A stretch of DNA of 64,000 bases from positions 8,275 to 72,274 of IMG/VR virus record IMGVR_UViG_3300036466_000585. One strand, 5' to 3'. Positions 36,396 through 45,800 of the stretch are shown one piece after another. A model generated the notes under the pieces. The model worked only from the letters and a program-made list of their open reading frames with translations. It ran no database searches and was not told the DNA's origin. Numbering within the stretch: position 1 is the stretch's first letter; every line of letters starts with the position of its first letter. Made by a program: the position numbers and the translations under genes. The DNA comes from a virus.

Positions 36396-37295
36396 ATGGA
36401 GCTGTATTTCGGCGAGAACGGCGACCAGCGCATCCGCGGCGACTTCATCCGCCGGGCGGTGCTGCGCTCCGACCTGGTGCCGATACCGCTCACCCTGGAA
36501 GCCGAGATCCGCGTCGGTACCGAGACCGCCCAGCACTTCGAGGTCGGGCGCTCGATCACCACCTATGACGGCGACGCGCTGGAGATCATCAAGTCCGAGC
36601 ACGTCCAGCAGGCGCGCATGCAGGGCGACGACCTGTCCGGCTATGTGAGGCTGATCGCCACCCTGAAGCCAGTGACGCCTGTGGCGTTCATCAAGCCCCG
36701 GGCGGTGATCAAGCACGGCGCCACCCTGGCCGAGGTCTACCGCGCGTGCGGGGCCACGCTGCGCGGCATCGAGGGCGACTTCGCGGTACCGCGCTTCGTC
36801 TGCCTGGCCGGCGAGGCCCACACCTATCACATCGCTCGCGCCCTGCAGGAGGCGGGCGGCGTCGTCAGGTGGCGAAACGGCCGCCTGGCGTTCATCCCGC
36901 TGGGATCGCTGTTCGACCAGGAGCCGGTGGACACCATCGTCGACTCCGCCTCCGATGACGTGGAGTCCGGCTTTCTTGAGCGCCACGACATCCCGTGGTT
37001 CTACAGCCTGAATGCCGATGGCGAATTCGTGTATGGCAATCGCGGCAAGCCGCGTGCGGCGCGCTTCCAGCCCGGCGCCAACGCGATGACGCTGCGCAAT
37101 ATGACGGGCTGCCTGGTGCTGACCAAGGTCACGCGCCTGAAGTACACACAGAGGATCGCCGCCGGCGACCTGATTGAGGTCGTGGGCGGGGAGCCGCTGG
37201 TGGCCATGACGGTCGCCAACCTGTTCGCGCCCGGGGCCGATGGCGACGCCCCGGAGCAATTCACCCGCGTATGGCTGGGGAGGTGGGAGCGGTGA
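36396..37295 (+). CDS. baseplate hub protein (P1 gp6-like)
   Basis: About 300 aa, directly upstream of the spike gene. Confidence 0.55.
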   Translation: MELYFGENGDQRIRGDFIRRAVLRSDLVPIPLTLEAEIRVGTETAQHFEVGRSITTYDGDALEIIKSEHVQQARMQGDDLSGYVRLIATLKPVTPVAFIKPRAVIKHGATLAEVYRACGATLRGIEGDFAVPRFVCLAGEAHTYHIARALQEAGGVVRWRNGRLAFIPLGSLFDQEPVDTIVDSASDDVESGFLERHDIPWFYSLNADGEFVYGNRGKPRAARFQPGANAMTLRNMTGCLVLTKVTRLKYTQRIAAGDLIEVVGGEPLVAMTVANLFAPGADGDAPEQFTRVWLGRWER

Positions 37296-37762
37296 GTGCG
37301 ACCGGAGGCGGCCTGCTGGCCGGGAAGTGGCCGGCGGTGATCACGGCCTACGACGGAGACACTCGCACCTGCGAGGTCAGCATCCCGGGCATCACCGACG
37401 GTGCCGAGGGCGGGCTGATCGCCGAGATCGAGTATCCCATCGGCGACAAGTCGCGCCACGAGACCATGACCGAGATCGAGGTGCTGGCCGGCGACAAGGT
37501 GTGGGTGGAGTTCATACAAGGTGATCCGCGCCACCCGCTGATCACCGGCTGGCGAAACCCGACGACCGGCAACTCCATCGGCTGGCGGCGTTGGCACAAG
37601 GAGAACATGCAGCTGCTCACCGATGCCGAGATGCGCCTGCAGTCCGGCGGTCTGGTGCACGTCAGCGCCAAGGACAGCATCACGCTGCAGGTGGGCAGCT
37701 CAACCATCACTCTGACGCCAGATGACATCACGCAGCTGGCGAGCATGATCAACCTGAACTGA
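37292..37762 (+). CDS. baseplate central spike (gp5/gpV OB-fold)
   Basis: GKWPAVI...V.IPG...GDKVWVEFIQGDPRHPLITG; beta-rich C-terminus. Confidence 0.8.
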   Translation: MSATGGGLLAGKWPAVITAYDGDTRTCEVSIPGITDGAEGGLIAEIEYPIGDKSRHETMTEIEVLAGDKVWVEFIQGDPRHPLITGWRNPTTGNSIGWRRWHKENMQLLTDAEMRLQSGGLVHVSAKDSITLQVGSSTITLTPDDITQLASMINLN

Positions 37763-37775
37763 CAAGGAGGCCGCC

Positions 37776-38255
37776 ATGGCTGCCAATCTCCTTTTCTCCT
37801 TCGATGACCTGACCCGCAAGGACAAGGCCGTCAAGGAGATCGAAAAGCACTTCAAGCGCGCCGGCGCCAACCCGGTGAGCGTCGACGTCGACTCCCGCGT
37901 CAAGCGCACCAGCGGCGTCAGCTACCGCGAAATCAGCCTGACCTTCTCCGACAGCCAGGTGGTCAAGCTGCGCATCAAGCGCCCGGGTGACATCTTTCAG
38001 GTCATGCTCAACCGAAAGGTCATGCCGATGGCCAACCAGGACGATCACACCAAGGCCATCGGCGAGATCGTGCAGGCCATGGACCGGGGCCGGACGGCCT
38101 TTCAGAAGCGTCTGGCCAAGGCCAAGGTGAAGCTGCCCAAGCGCATGAAGACGGCGGCCCCGCGCATGGAGAAGCGACTCGAGGAGAAGCGCGACGCCCT
38201 CAGGGAAGCCGTGGAAGACGCTCGCCAGCAGCTCGCCGAGCTCACGGCGGCCTAA
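37776..38255 (+). CDS. Hdf-like (DarA-fragment homologue) head protein
   Basis: KRTSGV...LTFSDSQ...GDIFQVMLN.K..P...FQKRLAKAK; pattern shared with DarA N-terminus. Confidence 0.65.
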   Translation: MAANLLFSFDDLTRKDKAVKEIEKHFKRAGANPVSVDVDSRVKRTSGVSYREISLTFSDSQVVKLRIKRPGDIFQVMLNRKVMPMANQDDHTKAIGEIVQAMDRGRTAFQKRLAKAKVKLPKRMKTAAPRMEKRLEEKRDALREAVEDARQQLAELTAA

Positions 38256-38264
38256 GGAGGCTCC

Positions 38265-38555
38265 ATGCCAGCGGTCACGAGGCAGGGCGACAGCTGCACC
38301 GGTCACGGGTCATTCCCGCCGCGCAACAGCACGAGCGGCAGCCCCGACGTCATGGTCAACGGCATCCCGGCCCACCGCGTGGGCGATGGCTGGGCCACGC
38401 ACTGCAACGACGTGCCGGTCTGCCACGGTGGCGCTTTGGCAGCCGGGTCGGGCAGCGTCAACGTCAACGGCAAGCCCCTGGGGCGAATCGGCGACCCCGT
38501 GGATTGCGGTTCCGCCGTGGCGGCCGGCTCCGGCGACGTGTTTGCCGGCGGCTAG
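38265..38555 (+). CDS. PAAR-domain spike tip protein
   Basis: PAVTRQGD.C.GH, VNGIPAHRVGD, VNGKPLGRIGD..DCGS. Confidence 0.93.
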   Translation: MPAVTRQGDSCTGHGSFPPRNSTSGSPDVMVNGIPAHRVGDGWATHCNDVPVCHGGALAAGSGSVNVNGKPLGRIGDPVDCGSAVAAGSGDVFAGG

Positions 38556-38581
38556 GCCCGCTACAGAGCCCGGCGCGGCCA

Positions 38582-38622
38582 GGAAAAGCCGACCCGGCCC
38601 ACCCCTCCCCCTCCCATAGCAT
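38582..38622 (+). promoter_or_regulatory. putative late promoter LP5
   Basis: GGAAAA-N29-TAGCAT upstream of darA-like gene. Confidence 0.7.
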
Positions 38623-38675
38623 GGCCCCATGACGCGCCCGACGTGGCGCCATCCCGCAACCATAGGGGCTATGCC

Positions 38676-41600
38676 ATGACTGGAACCTCACCGCCCGTTC
38701 TGTGGAACGACAGTAGCGCCATGCCGGTGGGCATGTCGCTGGATCAACTGCTGTACCGCATCCGGCGCTCCGACGCCGACGACGGCCTGATCTTCGACAG
38801 CGTGACGCTCGACGACATTCTGGAGGAGGCCGAGGCCGTCTTCGAGCTGGATGCTCTGGTCGCCACCCAATCCAGCCTGGGACGCAAGGTGCGCAGCCTG
38901 GAGCGCGTCATGTCGGCCGGCGGTGGCGAGCTGGAGGTCGTGGCCTCTCAGGTGTCCAGCCCCTTCAAGCGCCAGGGCGTGGTCAACGTCGCCGCCATCT
39001 TCGAGCTGAGCGACGGCCAGACCGTGACCGTCATGTTCCACAACCCCGACGCCGGTACCGCGAAGTCGCTGAAGCCCACCGACGAGCTCATCAGCTGGAA
39101 GTGGCTGCTCAACAAGAAGGACATCACCATCGTGGTGGCCCCGGAGCGCGGCAGCGACCTGCCGATTCGCCAGGTGGCGAAGCGCATCATGAAACTGGCC
39201 GAGAAGAACTCCAAGACCTTCGCGCGCATGAACCAGAAGCGTGCCGAGCGGCTGGAGTACATCGAAGGCCTGAAGGGCGAGATCGGCGAGCTGGAAACCG
39301 AGCTCGACGGCCTGACCCGACAGATCGAGATTGCCCGGATTGAGGCCGAGGACAAGGCGCTGAACACGCCCAAGCCGCTGACCAAGCAGGAAGGCCTCGA
39401 CATGCTGGACGAGCTGCGCCCCTGGCTGTCTCGCCAGCAGTACCGGGCCATGGCCGACGTCATCCGCAAAGGCGAGGAGTCCGAGGCCTACATCGACCGC
39501 GCGCAGGTGCTGGCCAACATCATCGACGGCATGGCCAAGACCTATGAGCAGGACGGCAAGGAAATGGGCGAGACCACCGCCTACCTGCACTACTTTCGCG
39601 GCGGCGGCGACTGGTACATCACCGAGAAGGACGCCAAGGGCGACGGTACCGAGCAGGCCTTCGGTTGGGCCGACCCTGGATTGGGTCATGGCGAGCTCGG
39701 CTACATCGGCGTCGATGAGCTGACCGATGCCGGCGTGGAGCTCGACCTGTACTTCGAGCCCAAGCCGCTGAGCCAGGCGGTGAGTGAAGGCGAGGAAGGC
39801 AGCTCGGAGCAGGAGGCCGGGGGCTTCCCGGATGCCGCCGATGCGCCCGGTGCCCTTCCTCAAGATCCGCAGACCGCTGGCGACTTCGCGCGCATCATCG
39901 CGGCCGGCGATGAGGCCAAGGAGCGCTACCAGGATCAGCTCGACAGCTTCTTCCAGGGTCGCGTCATCGAGGTTCGCAACGCCCTTCGTGAGCTGGGCTG
40001 GGGCGGCGAAAGCTACGGCGACCTGTCGAAGGGCGACGTCGCGCTAGTGGTCAACACCGAAAGCGTCGGCGCCGGCGGCAACGTGGTGGGTATGAACTAC
40101 ACGCTCTCTGGGGTTGCTGGCTTCTTCATGAGCGATTCTCTGGACCTGACCCCTGAGGAGCTGGCGGAGCGTATCGACCTGGGGGTCACGAGTCGCGACA
40201 ACAACGCCGCGGCCCGCCGCGAAGCGGCCGAGGCCACCATCGCCGGCTGGAAGGCGTCGCTCGCCGCCGGCGAGGCGCCGAGCCAGGTCGATGCCGAGGC
40301 GTGGGCGGCCTTCCAGAAGGCTTACCCGATTCAGGCGGCGGCCGTTAAGAACACGCTCTCCGAGCAGATTGGCTGGGAGCGCTTCGTGGAGCTGACCGAG
40401 GGCGAGCCGCCCGCCGAGCCCACCGGAAAGGACACGCCGACCGGCGTCAACGAAGACGGCGAGCTCGAGCCCGAAGGCGCCGAGAACGTGGTCAAGACCG
40501 CCAAGGGCTCCGAGGTGCAGACCGGCTTTACCGTGGTCGAGGCCGATGAGCTGATCGCCTCCCATGACATCAATGGTGACCCCAATCCCGCCTTCCCGAC
40601 CGAGCTCCAGCCCCGCGACCGCGGGCGCGATGCGTCCATCGCCTGGGTCAAGAAGACCGCCCGCCAGCTGGATCCGGACAGCCTGGGGCGCACGCGCCGC
40701 GCCGACACCGGGGCGCCCATCGTCGGCCCGGATCGCGTCGTGGAGTCCGGCAACGGCCGCACCATGGCCATTCAGGAGGCGTACCGCAGCGGCAACGCCG
40801 ACGAGTACCGCGACTGGCTGATCGAGGAGGCGCACCACTACAACCTGGATGCCGGCCGCGTGCGCGCCATGAAGGCGCCCGTGCTCGTGCGCGTGCGCAC
40901 GTCCGCGCTCGATCGCCGGGAGTTCGCCGTCGAGGCCAACCAGGACGACAAGCTGAGCATGACCGGTACCGAGAAGGCCAGGGCCGACGCCGACCGCCTG
41001 GACGAGGGGCTGGTCGCCAAGCTGGCCGATGACGGCAACCTGCTGGCCGCGTCCAACCGCGACTTCATCAACGGCTTCCTGCAGTCCCTGGGCGACACCG
41101 AGGCCGCCCAGTACATGACCAGCGACGGCAACCCCACCGGGGCGCTGATCGCGCGCATTCAGGCCGCCATCTTCGCCAAGGCCTACAACGACGAGCGCCT
41201 GCTGGAAATGACCGCCGACGCCAGCAAGCCGGAAGTGGCCAACGTGGTCAACGCCCTCAACGTGGCCGCGCCGGAGTTCATTCGCGCGCAGGCCGCCGAC
41301 CAGGCCGGTACCGACGCGCTGACCAACCAGCTGGTGGATAGCGTCGAGGTCTCGCTGAACGAGCAGGCGGTGCAGGCCATCATCGACGCCACCAACCTGG
41401 TGCGCCGCGCCAAGGCGGACGGGTCGAGCGTCGAGGAGATGGTCAACCAGATGGGGCTGTTCGGCGACATTCCGCCGGCCACCTCCGCCATGGCCCTGTT
41501 CATCAACCAGAACAATCGCAGTGCCAAGCGCCTGGGGCTGGCCTTCAAGGCCATGGCCGAGTTCGTGCGCCAGGAAGCCGAGCGCGGCCAGACCGTGGAC

Positions 41601-42869
41601 ATGTTCGGCGAGGGCCAGCAGGCCACCCTCGAGCAGATCATCGATGCCGCCAACCGGGAGCTGGAGAAAGAGTACGGCGAGGGCAGCTACGCCATCGAGT
41701 CGCTGGACATGTTCAGCGCGCCTCCGGCCGAAGCTCCCGCCGGTGACGGCCAGCCGAACGAGGACGATATCGAGCAGGCCCGCCAGGCCACCGATACCGA
41801 GCCGACCGAGGCGGAGAAGGAGAGCGGCGAGTACGCCAAGGGCGAGGTCGAGATCCACGGCCTGACGGTAGCCATCGAGAACCCCAAGGGCAGCGAGCGT
41901 TCGGGCACCACGCAGGAAGGCGAGGCGTGGTCGGTCTCGATCGCTCACGATTACGGCTACATCAAGGGCACCAAGGGCGCCGACGGTGATGAGGTCGACG
42001 TGTTCATCGGCCCCGACCTGGAGAGCGAGCGCGTGTTCGTCATCAACCAGGTCGGCAAGGACGGCGAGCTGGACGAGCACAAGGTGATGCTGGGCTTCGC
42101 CACCAGAGAGGACGCCGAGCAGGGCTACCTGTCCAGCTACCGCGCCGGCTGGGACGGGCTGGGCAGCACGCAGGAGATGAGCGTCGACGAGCTCAAGGCC
42201 TGGCTGCCGAGCGCCGCGGAGGGCAAGCCCGCGGCCGCCGAGGATCCTGCCGAGGAGGCGCCCGTCGCCGACCCGCTGGAGCAGGCCCGGGCCGTCACCC
42301 AGCGCGACGAGTTCGCCTCGCTGACCCGCGACTTCACGCGCTCGCTGGCCACCATCAAGGGCATCGATGCCGGCACCATGCCGGGCATGGAGCGCTCGCT
42401 GTTCGTCAACTCGATCACCGGCAAGATCAAGACCCGCGCCAAGCGCGACCCGCTGATGGCCGGCGCGCTGCTGGCCTGGCTGGCCGAGCAGCAGAAGGAC
42501 TGGGACAAGCCGGCCGTCACCGCGCGAAATGCCGTGTGGAAGGCTGCCGACGACTGGGAGGCATACCGCCCCCTGTTCAACCGTGACGCCGCGCCCAGCG
42601 GCGGCCAAGAGGCCGGCGAAGGCGAGGGCGGCGCAACCCCCGAGCCCGCCGCGCCGGAAAGCGAGGAGGAGGCCATGCGCCGCAACGACCGCCAGTTCCT
42701 GCAATCCGTGATCGACGGCACGGTGCCCGACATGCTGTCCCCCGACCTGGCCGACCGGATCCTGGCCGTCATGGAGCGCCAGTCCGGCGACGCCGAGATG
42801 GAAGACCTGATCGAACGCGCGGGCGCCGCCTATGAGCGCGCCATGCTGTCCGCCACCGAAGACCTGTAA
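38676..42869 (+). CDS. darA: DarA-like polyvalent internal head protein (DarA-N, DUF2958-like, DarA-C-like, DdrB-like ParB, inorganic pyrophosphatase-like domains)
   Basis: FELSDGQTVTVMFHNPD...WLLNKKDIT.VVAPE; YLHYF..GDWYITE...ELGY; ELQPRDR...GAPIVG..RVVESGNGR; IENPKGS.RSG...YGYIKGTKGADGD.VDVFIGP...DEHKVMLGF. Confidence 0.8.
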   Translation: MTGTSPPVLWNDSSAMPVGMSLDQLLYRIRRSDADDGLIFDSVTLDDILEEAEAVFELDALVATQSSLGRKVRSLERVMSAGGGELEVVASQVSSPFKRQGVVNVAAIFELSDGQTVTVMFHNPDAGTAKSLKPTDELISWKWLLNKKDITIVVAPERGSDLPIRQVAKRIMKLAEKNSKTFARMNQKRAERLEYIEGLKGEIGELETELDGLTRQIEIARIEAEDKALNTPKPLTKQEGLDMLDELRPWLSRQQYRAMADVIRKGEESEAYIDRAQVLANIIDGMAKTYEQDGKEMGETTAYLHYFRGGGDWYITEKDAKGDGTEQAFGWADPGLGHGELGYIGVDELTDAGVELDLYFEPKPLSQAVSEGEEGSSEQEAGGFPDAADAPGALPQDPQTAGDFARIIAAGDEAKERYQDQLDSFFQGRVIEVRNALRELGWGGESYGDLSKGDVALVVNTESVGAGGNVVGMNYTLSGVAGFFMSDSLDLTPEELAERIDLGVTSRDNNAAARREAAEATIAGWKASLAAGEAPSQVDAEAWAAFQKAYPIQAAAVKNTLSEQIGWERFVELTEGEPPAEPTGKDTPTGVNEDGELEPEGAENVVKTAKGSEVQTGFTVVEADELIASHDINGDPNPAFPTELQPRDRGRDASIAWVKKTARQLDPDSLGRTRRADTGAPIVGPDRVVESGNGRTMAIQEAYRSGNADEYRDWLIEEAHHYNLDAGRVRAMKAPVLVRVRTSALDRREFAVEANQDDKLSMTGTEKARADADRLDEGLVAKLADDGNLLAASNRDFINGFLQSLGDTEAAQYMTSDGNPTGALIARIQAAIFAKAYNDERLLEMTADASKPEVANVVNALNVAAPEFIRAQAADQAGTDALTNQLVDSVEVSLNEQAVQAIIDATNLVRRAKADGSSVEEMVNQMGLFGDIPPATSAMALFINQNNRSAKRLGLAFKAMAEFVRQEAERGQTVDMFGEGQQATLEQIIDAANRELEKEYGEGSYAIESLDMFSAPPAEAPAGDGQPNEDDIEQARQATDTEPTEAEKESGEYAKGEVEIHGLTVAIENPKGSERSGTTQEGEAWSVSIAHDYGYIKGTKGADGDEVDVFIGPDLESERVFVINQVGKDGELDEHKVMLGFATREDAEQGYLSSYRAGWDGLGSTQEMSVDELKAWLPSAAEGKPAAAEDPAEEAPVADPLEQARAVTQRDEFASLTRDFTRSLATIKGIDAGTMPGMERSLFVNSITGKIKTRAKRDPLMAGALLAWLAEQQKDWDKPAVTARNAVWKAADDWEAYRPLFNRDAAPSGGQEAGEGEGGATPEPAAPESEEEAMRRNDRQFLQSVIDGTVPDMLSPDLADRILAVMERQSGDAEMEDLIERAGAAYERAMLSATEDL

Positions 42870-42881
42870 GGAGACCCAAGG

Positions 42882-45800
42882 ATGAAGCCTATCTACGACG
42901 ATGCCTCTGCCGGTGGCGGCGCTCAGGCGATGATGGCCCGGCTCAAGCTGGTGTCCGAGCTGGGCCGCGTGCGCAAGGAGCTTATCGCCCTGCCGCAAGG
43001 CATCGCCGCCATGGCGCAGCGCCTGACGCTGGTCAAACGGGCCAACGAGATTCGCACCGAGCTCAAGGCGGCCACCCTGGCCGCCGACCCGAGCAAGGCG
43101 ATGAAGGCCGAGCGCGACCCGCCCGAGCCCGTCGAGACGCCGCGACAGCCCACGGCAGGGCTGTACAGCCACGACGAGAAGCGCACCAAGGGGCAGCGCC
43201 AGAAGGCCAACAACGCCGCCGTTGAGCTGCTGGCCCGCATCCAGTCCGGCGAGACCTCCCGCGAGGAGCTGACCGACGAGGATCGCGCCGTGCTGGCCGG
43301 CTACTCCGGTAACGGCGGCGCCCTGGTCGGCGCCGACGGCAAGAAGGGGTCGGCCTACGAGTATTACACGCCCAAGCCGATTGCCGAGGGCATCTGGGAC
43401 GCCCTGGGCGCGATGGGCTTCAGCGGTGGCAAGATTCTCGACCCGGCGGCCGGTACCGGCGTGTTCGGCGCCACGGCGCCGCGCCATGCCGCCGTGGATG
43501 CCGTGGAGCTCGACGAGACGTCGGGCACCATCAACGCCCTGGTCAATGCCGGCCCCGGCTACACGGCCACGGTGTCGCCCTTCGAGGCCGTGGCGGCGGC
43601 CACCCCCGACGAGAGCTATGACGCCGTGGTGACCAACGTGCCGTTCGGCACCGTGGCCGACCGTGGTGGCAATCAGAACCTGGACCCCAAGTACCAGAAG
43701 GAGACCCTGGAGGCCTACTTCATCCTGCGCTCCCTGGACAAGCTGAAGCCCGGCGGCCTGGCCGCCTTCGTGGTGCCGCCGCGCTGCGTGTCGGGCCGGG
43801 GCGGTGCCGAGGTCAAGCTACGCCAGCGGGCCAGCCTGAAGGCCGAGTTCCTGGGCGCCTACCGGTTGCCCAACAGCGTGTTCGGCGCCGCCGACGCGGA
43901 CACCATCACCGACGTCATCTTCTTTCGCAAGTACGGCCGCGACGCCGCCGAAAAGATCGAGGAGCTACACGAGCAGGCGCCCGAGACCCTGGCCGAGGCC
44001 AAGGTCATGTGGGGCGAGTTCGTCGAGGGGCGCTACTTCAAGGGCGAGGGCCGGCGCTTCGTGCTCGGCGAGTTCGTGCCCAAGGACCCCGAGAAGTTCC
44101 GCGACGTCGATCGCGTCAAGAACCCGGCCAGCGTCCCCGAGGTGGCCAAGCTGATTCGCCGCCTGCCGGGCAGCCGCGTCGACTGGACGCTGCTGGAGGC
44201 CGCCGAGACCCAGCCCATCATCTACCACGAGGGCGACACCCTGACCCAGGCCGGCCAGACCCTGCAGCTGCAGGACGGCCAGTGGGTGCCGCTGGAGGCC
44301 GGCAGCCGCGACGTGCGCGGCGCCGAACTGCTGGGGCAGTTCAAGGACGCCTACACCGCCTTCGACGCCGGCATGGGCTATGACGATGCGCTGACCCTGC
44401 GCCAGTACATGCGCGATACCTCCCAGAGCCTGGACATGCCGGCCTGGCTGGCGTCGGCGCTGGCCACCCTGGACAAGCTGCCCGACGACGATGCCCGCGC
44501 CCGCGCGTGGACGCCCGGCCTGGTGGGCCTGGCCGTGTCTCAGGTGCTGGACGAGAGCGGGCGGGGCAGCGGTACCGACTTCTTGTCCGGCTACGCCAAG
44601 CTCTCCGAGGCAATGAAGCGCCAGGCGGCCGCCGCGCGGCGGGTCAAGGGCGTGGACGGCGAGCTGCGTCGCGGCCTGGGCGAGCTGGCCGCCCACTACC
44701 AGCGAAAGGCCGGCTTCAGCGCGCTGTGGCGTGGCGACGTGCAGGAGGCGCCCGCCGTGCAGGTGAGTGCCGAGCACGGCTTCGAGGGCCTGCTGTACGA
44801 GAATCAGTCGAGCTGGGTCAGCCTGGAGCAGGCGCGCACCGTGCTGGGCGACGGCTTCGACCCGTTCGCCAACGACGACTGGTGCGTGTCCGCCGACGGC
44901 AGCCAGGTGAGCCGTGCCGACGACTACTACGTGGGCAGCTACGGCGAGTTCGTGAAGCGCATCGACGCCGAGATGGCGGCGGCACCCAACGACAAGGTGC
45001 GCGCCAAGCTGATGCGCCAGAAGGCGGTTGCCGCCGAGCGCATCGACCGCGTGGACGTGTCGCGTATCAGCTTCAACCTGTTCAGCCCCTACGTCACCCT
45101 CGAGGAGAAAGCCGAGTTCCTGCGTCGCTTCGTGCACCCCGGGGCGGTGGTCACCTTCGACGACAAGACCAGCGAGCCGCGCATCGAGTTCGACATCCCG
45201 GGCAGTCAGCTGACTGACCGCGAGAAGCTGATCCGCCGCATCGGCGCCTACCTGAAGAACGGCACCATCACCCTGGGCGGCACCAAGCTGGACATGGGGG
45301 ACGCCGAGGGCATCCGCGAGCTGCGCGCCTTGGTCAACAAGGCCAACGAGCAGTTCAACGGCTGGGCGCGGGGCAACGCCAACGTGGTGTCGAGGCTGGA
45401 GAGTCAGGCCAACGACCCGGAGAAGCTGCGCTTCGCCCAGCCCGAGGACGAGAGCCCGCTGGCCATCCCGGGCATGAATCCCGAGCTCGAACTGCACGGC
45501 TACCAGAACGCCTACGTGCGCTCCCGCGCGCGCGACTTCTCCGGCATCAACGGCTTCGACGTGGGGCTGGGCAAGACCTTCACCGCTTTGGCGGTGGCCC
45601 AGTACGTGCAGTCCATCGGCGCCAAGAAGAAGACCGTCTTCGTGGTGCCCAACTCCGTGCTGTCGAACTGGCAGAAGGAGAGCGCCAAGGCCTACGCCAG
45701 CACCGATGACTGCCTCTACGTGGGGCTGCGCGACGGCCGCGTGGATTCGTCGGCCTACGACGAAGACCTCAACCGCATCATGGAGAACCGCCACAGCAAG

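Noticed and set aside
37292-38555. PAAR and spike genes as type VI secretion or tailocin
   Set aside because: Capsid, portal and terminase are present; these are phage baseplate parts
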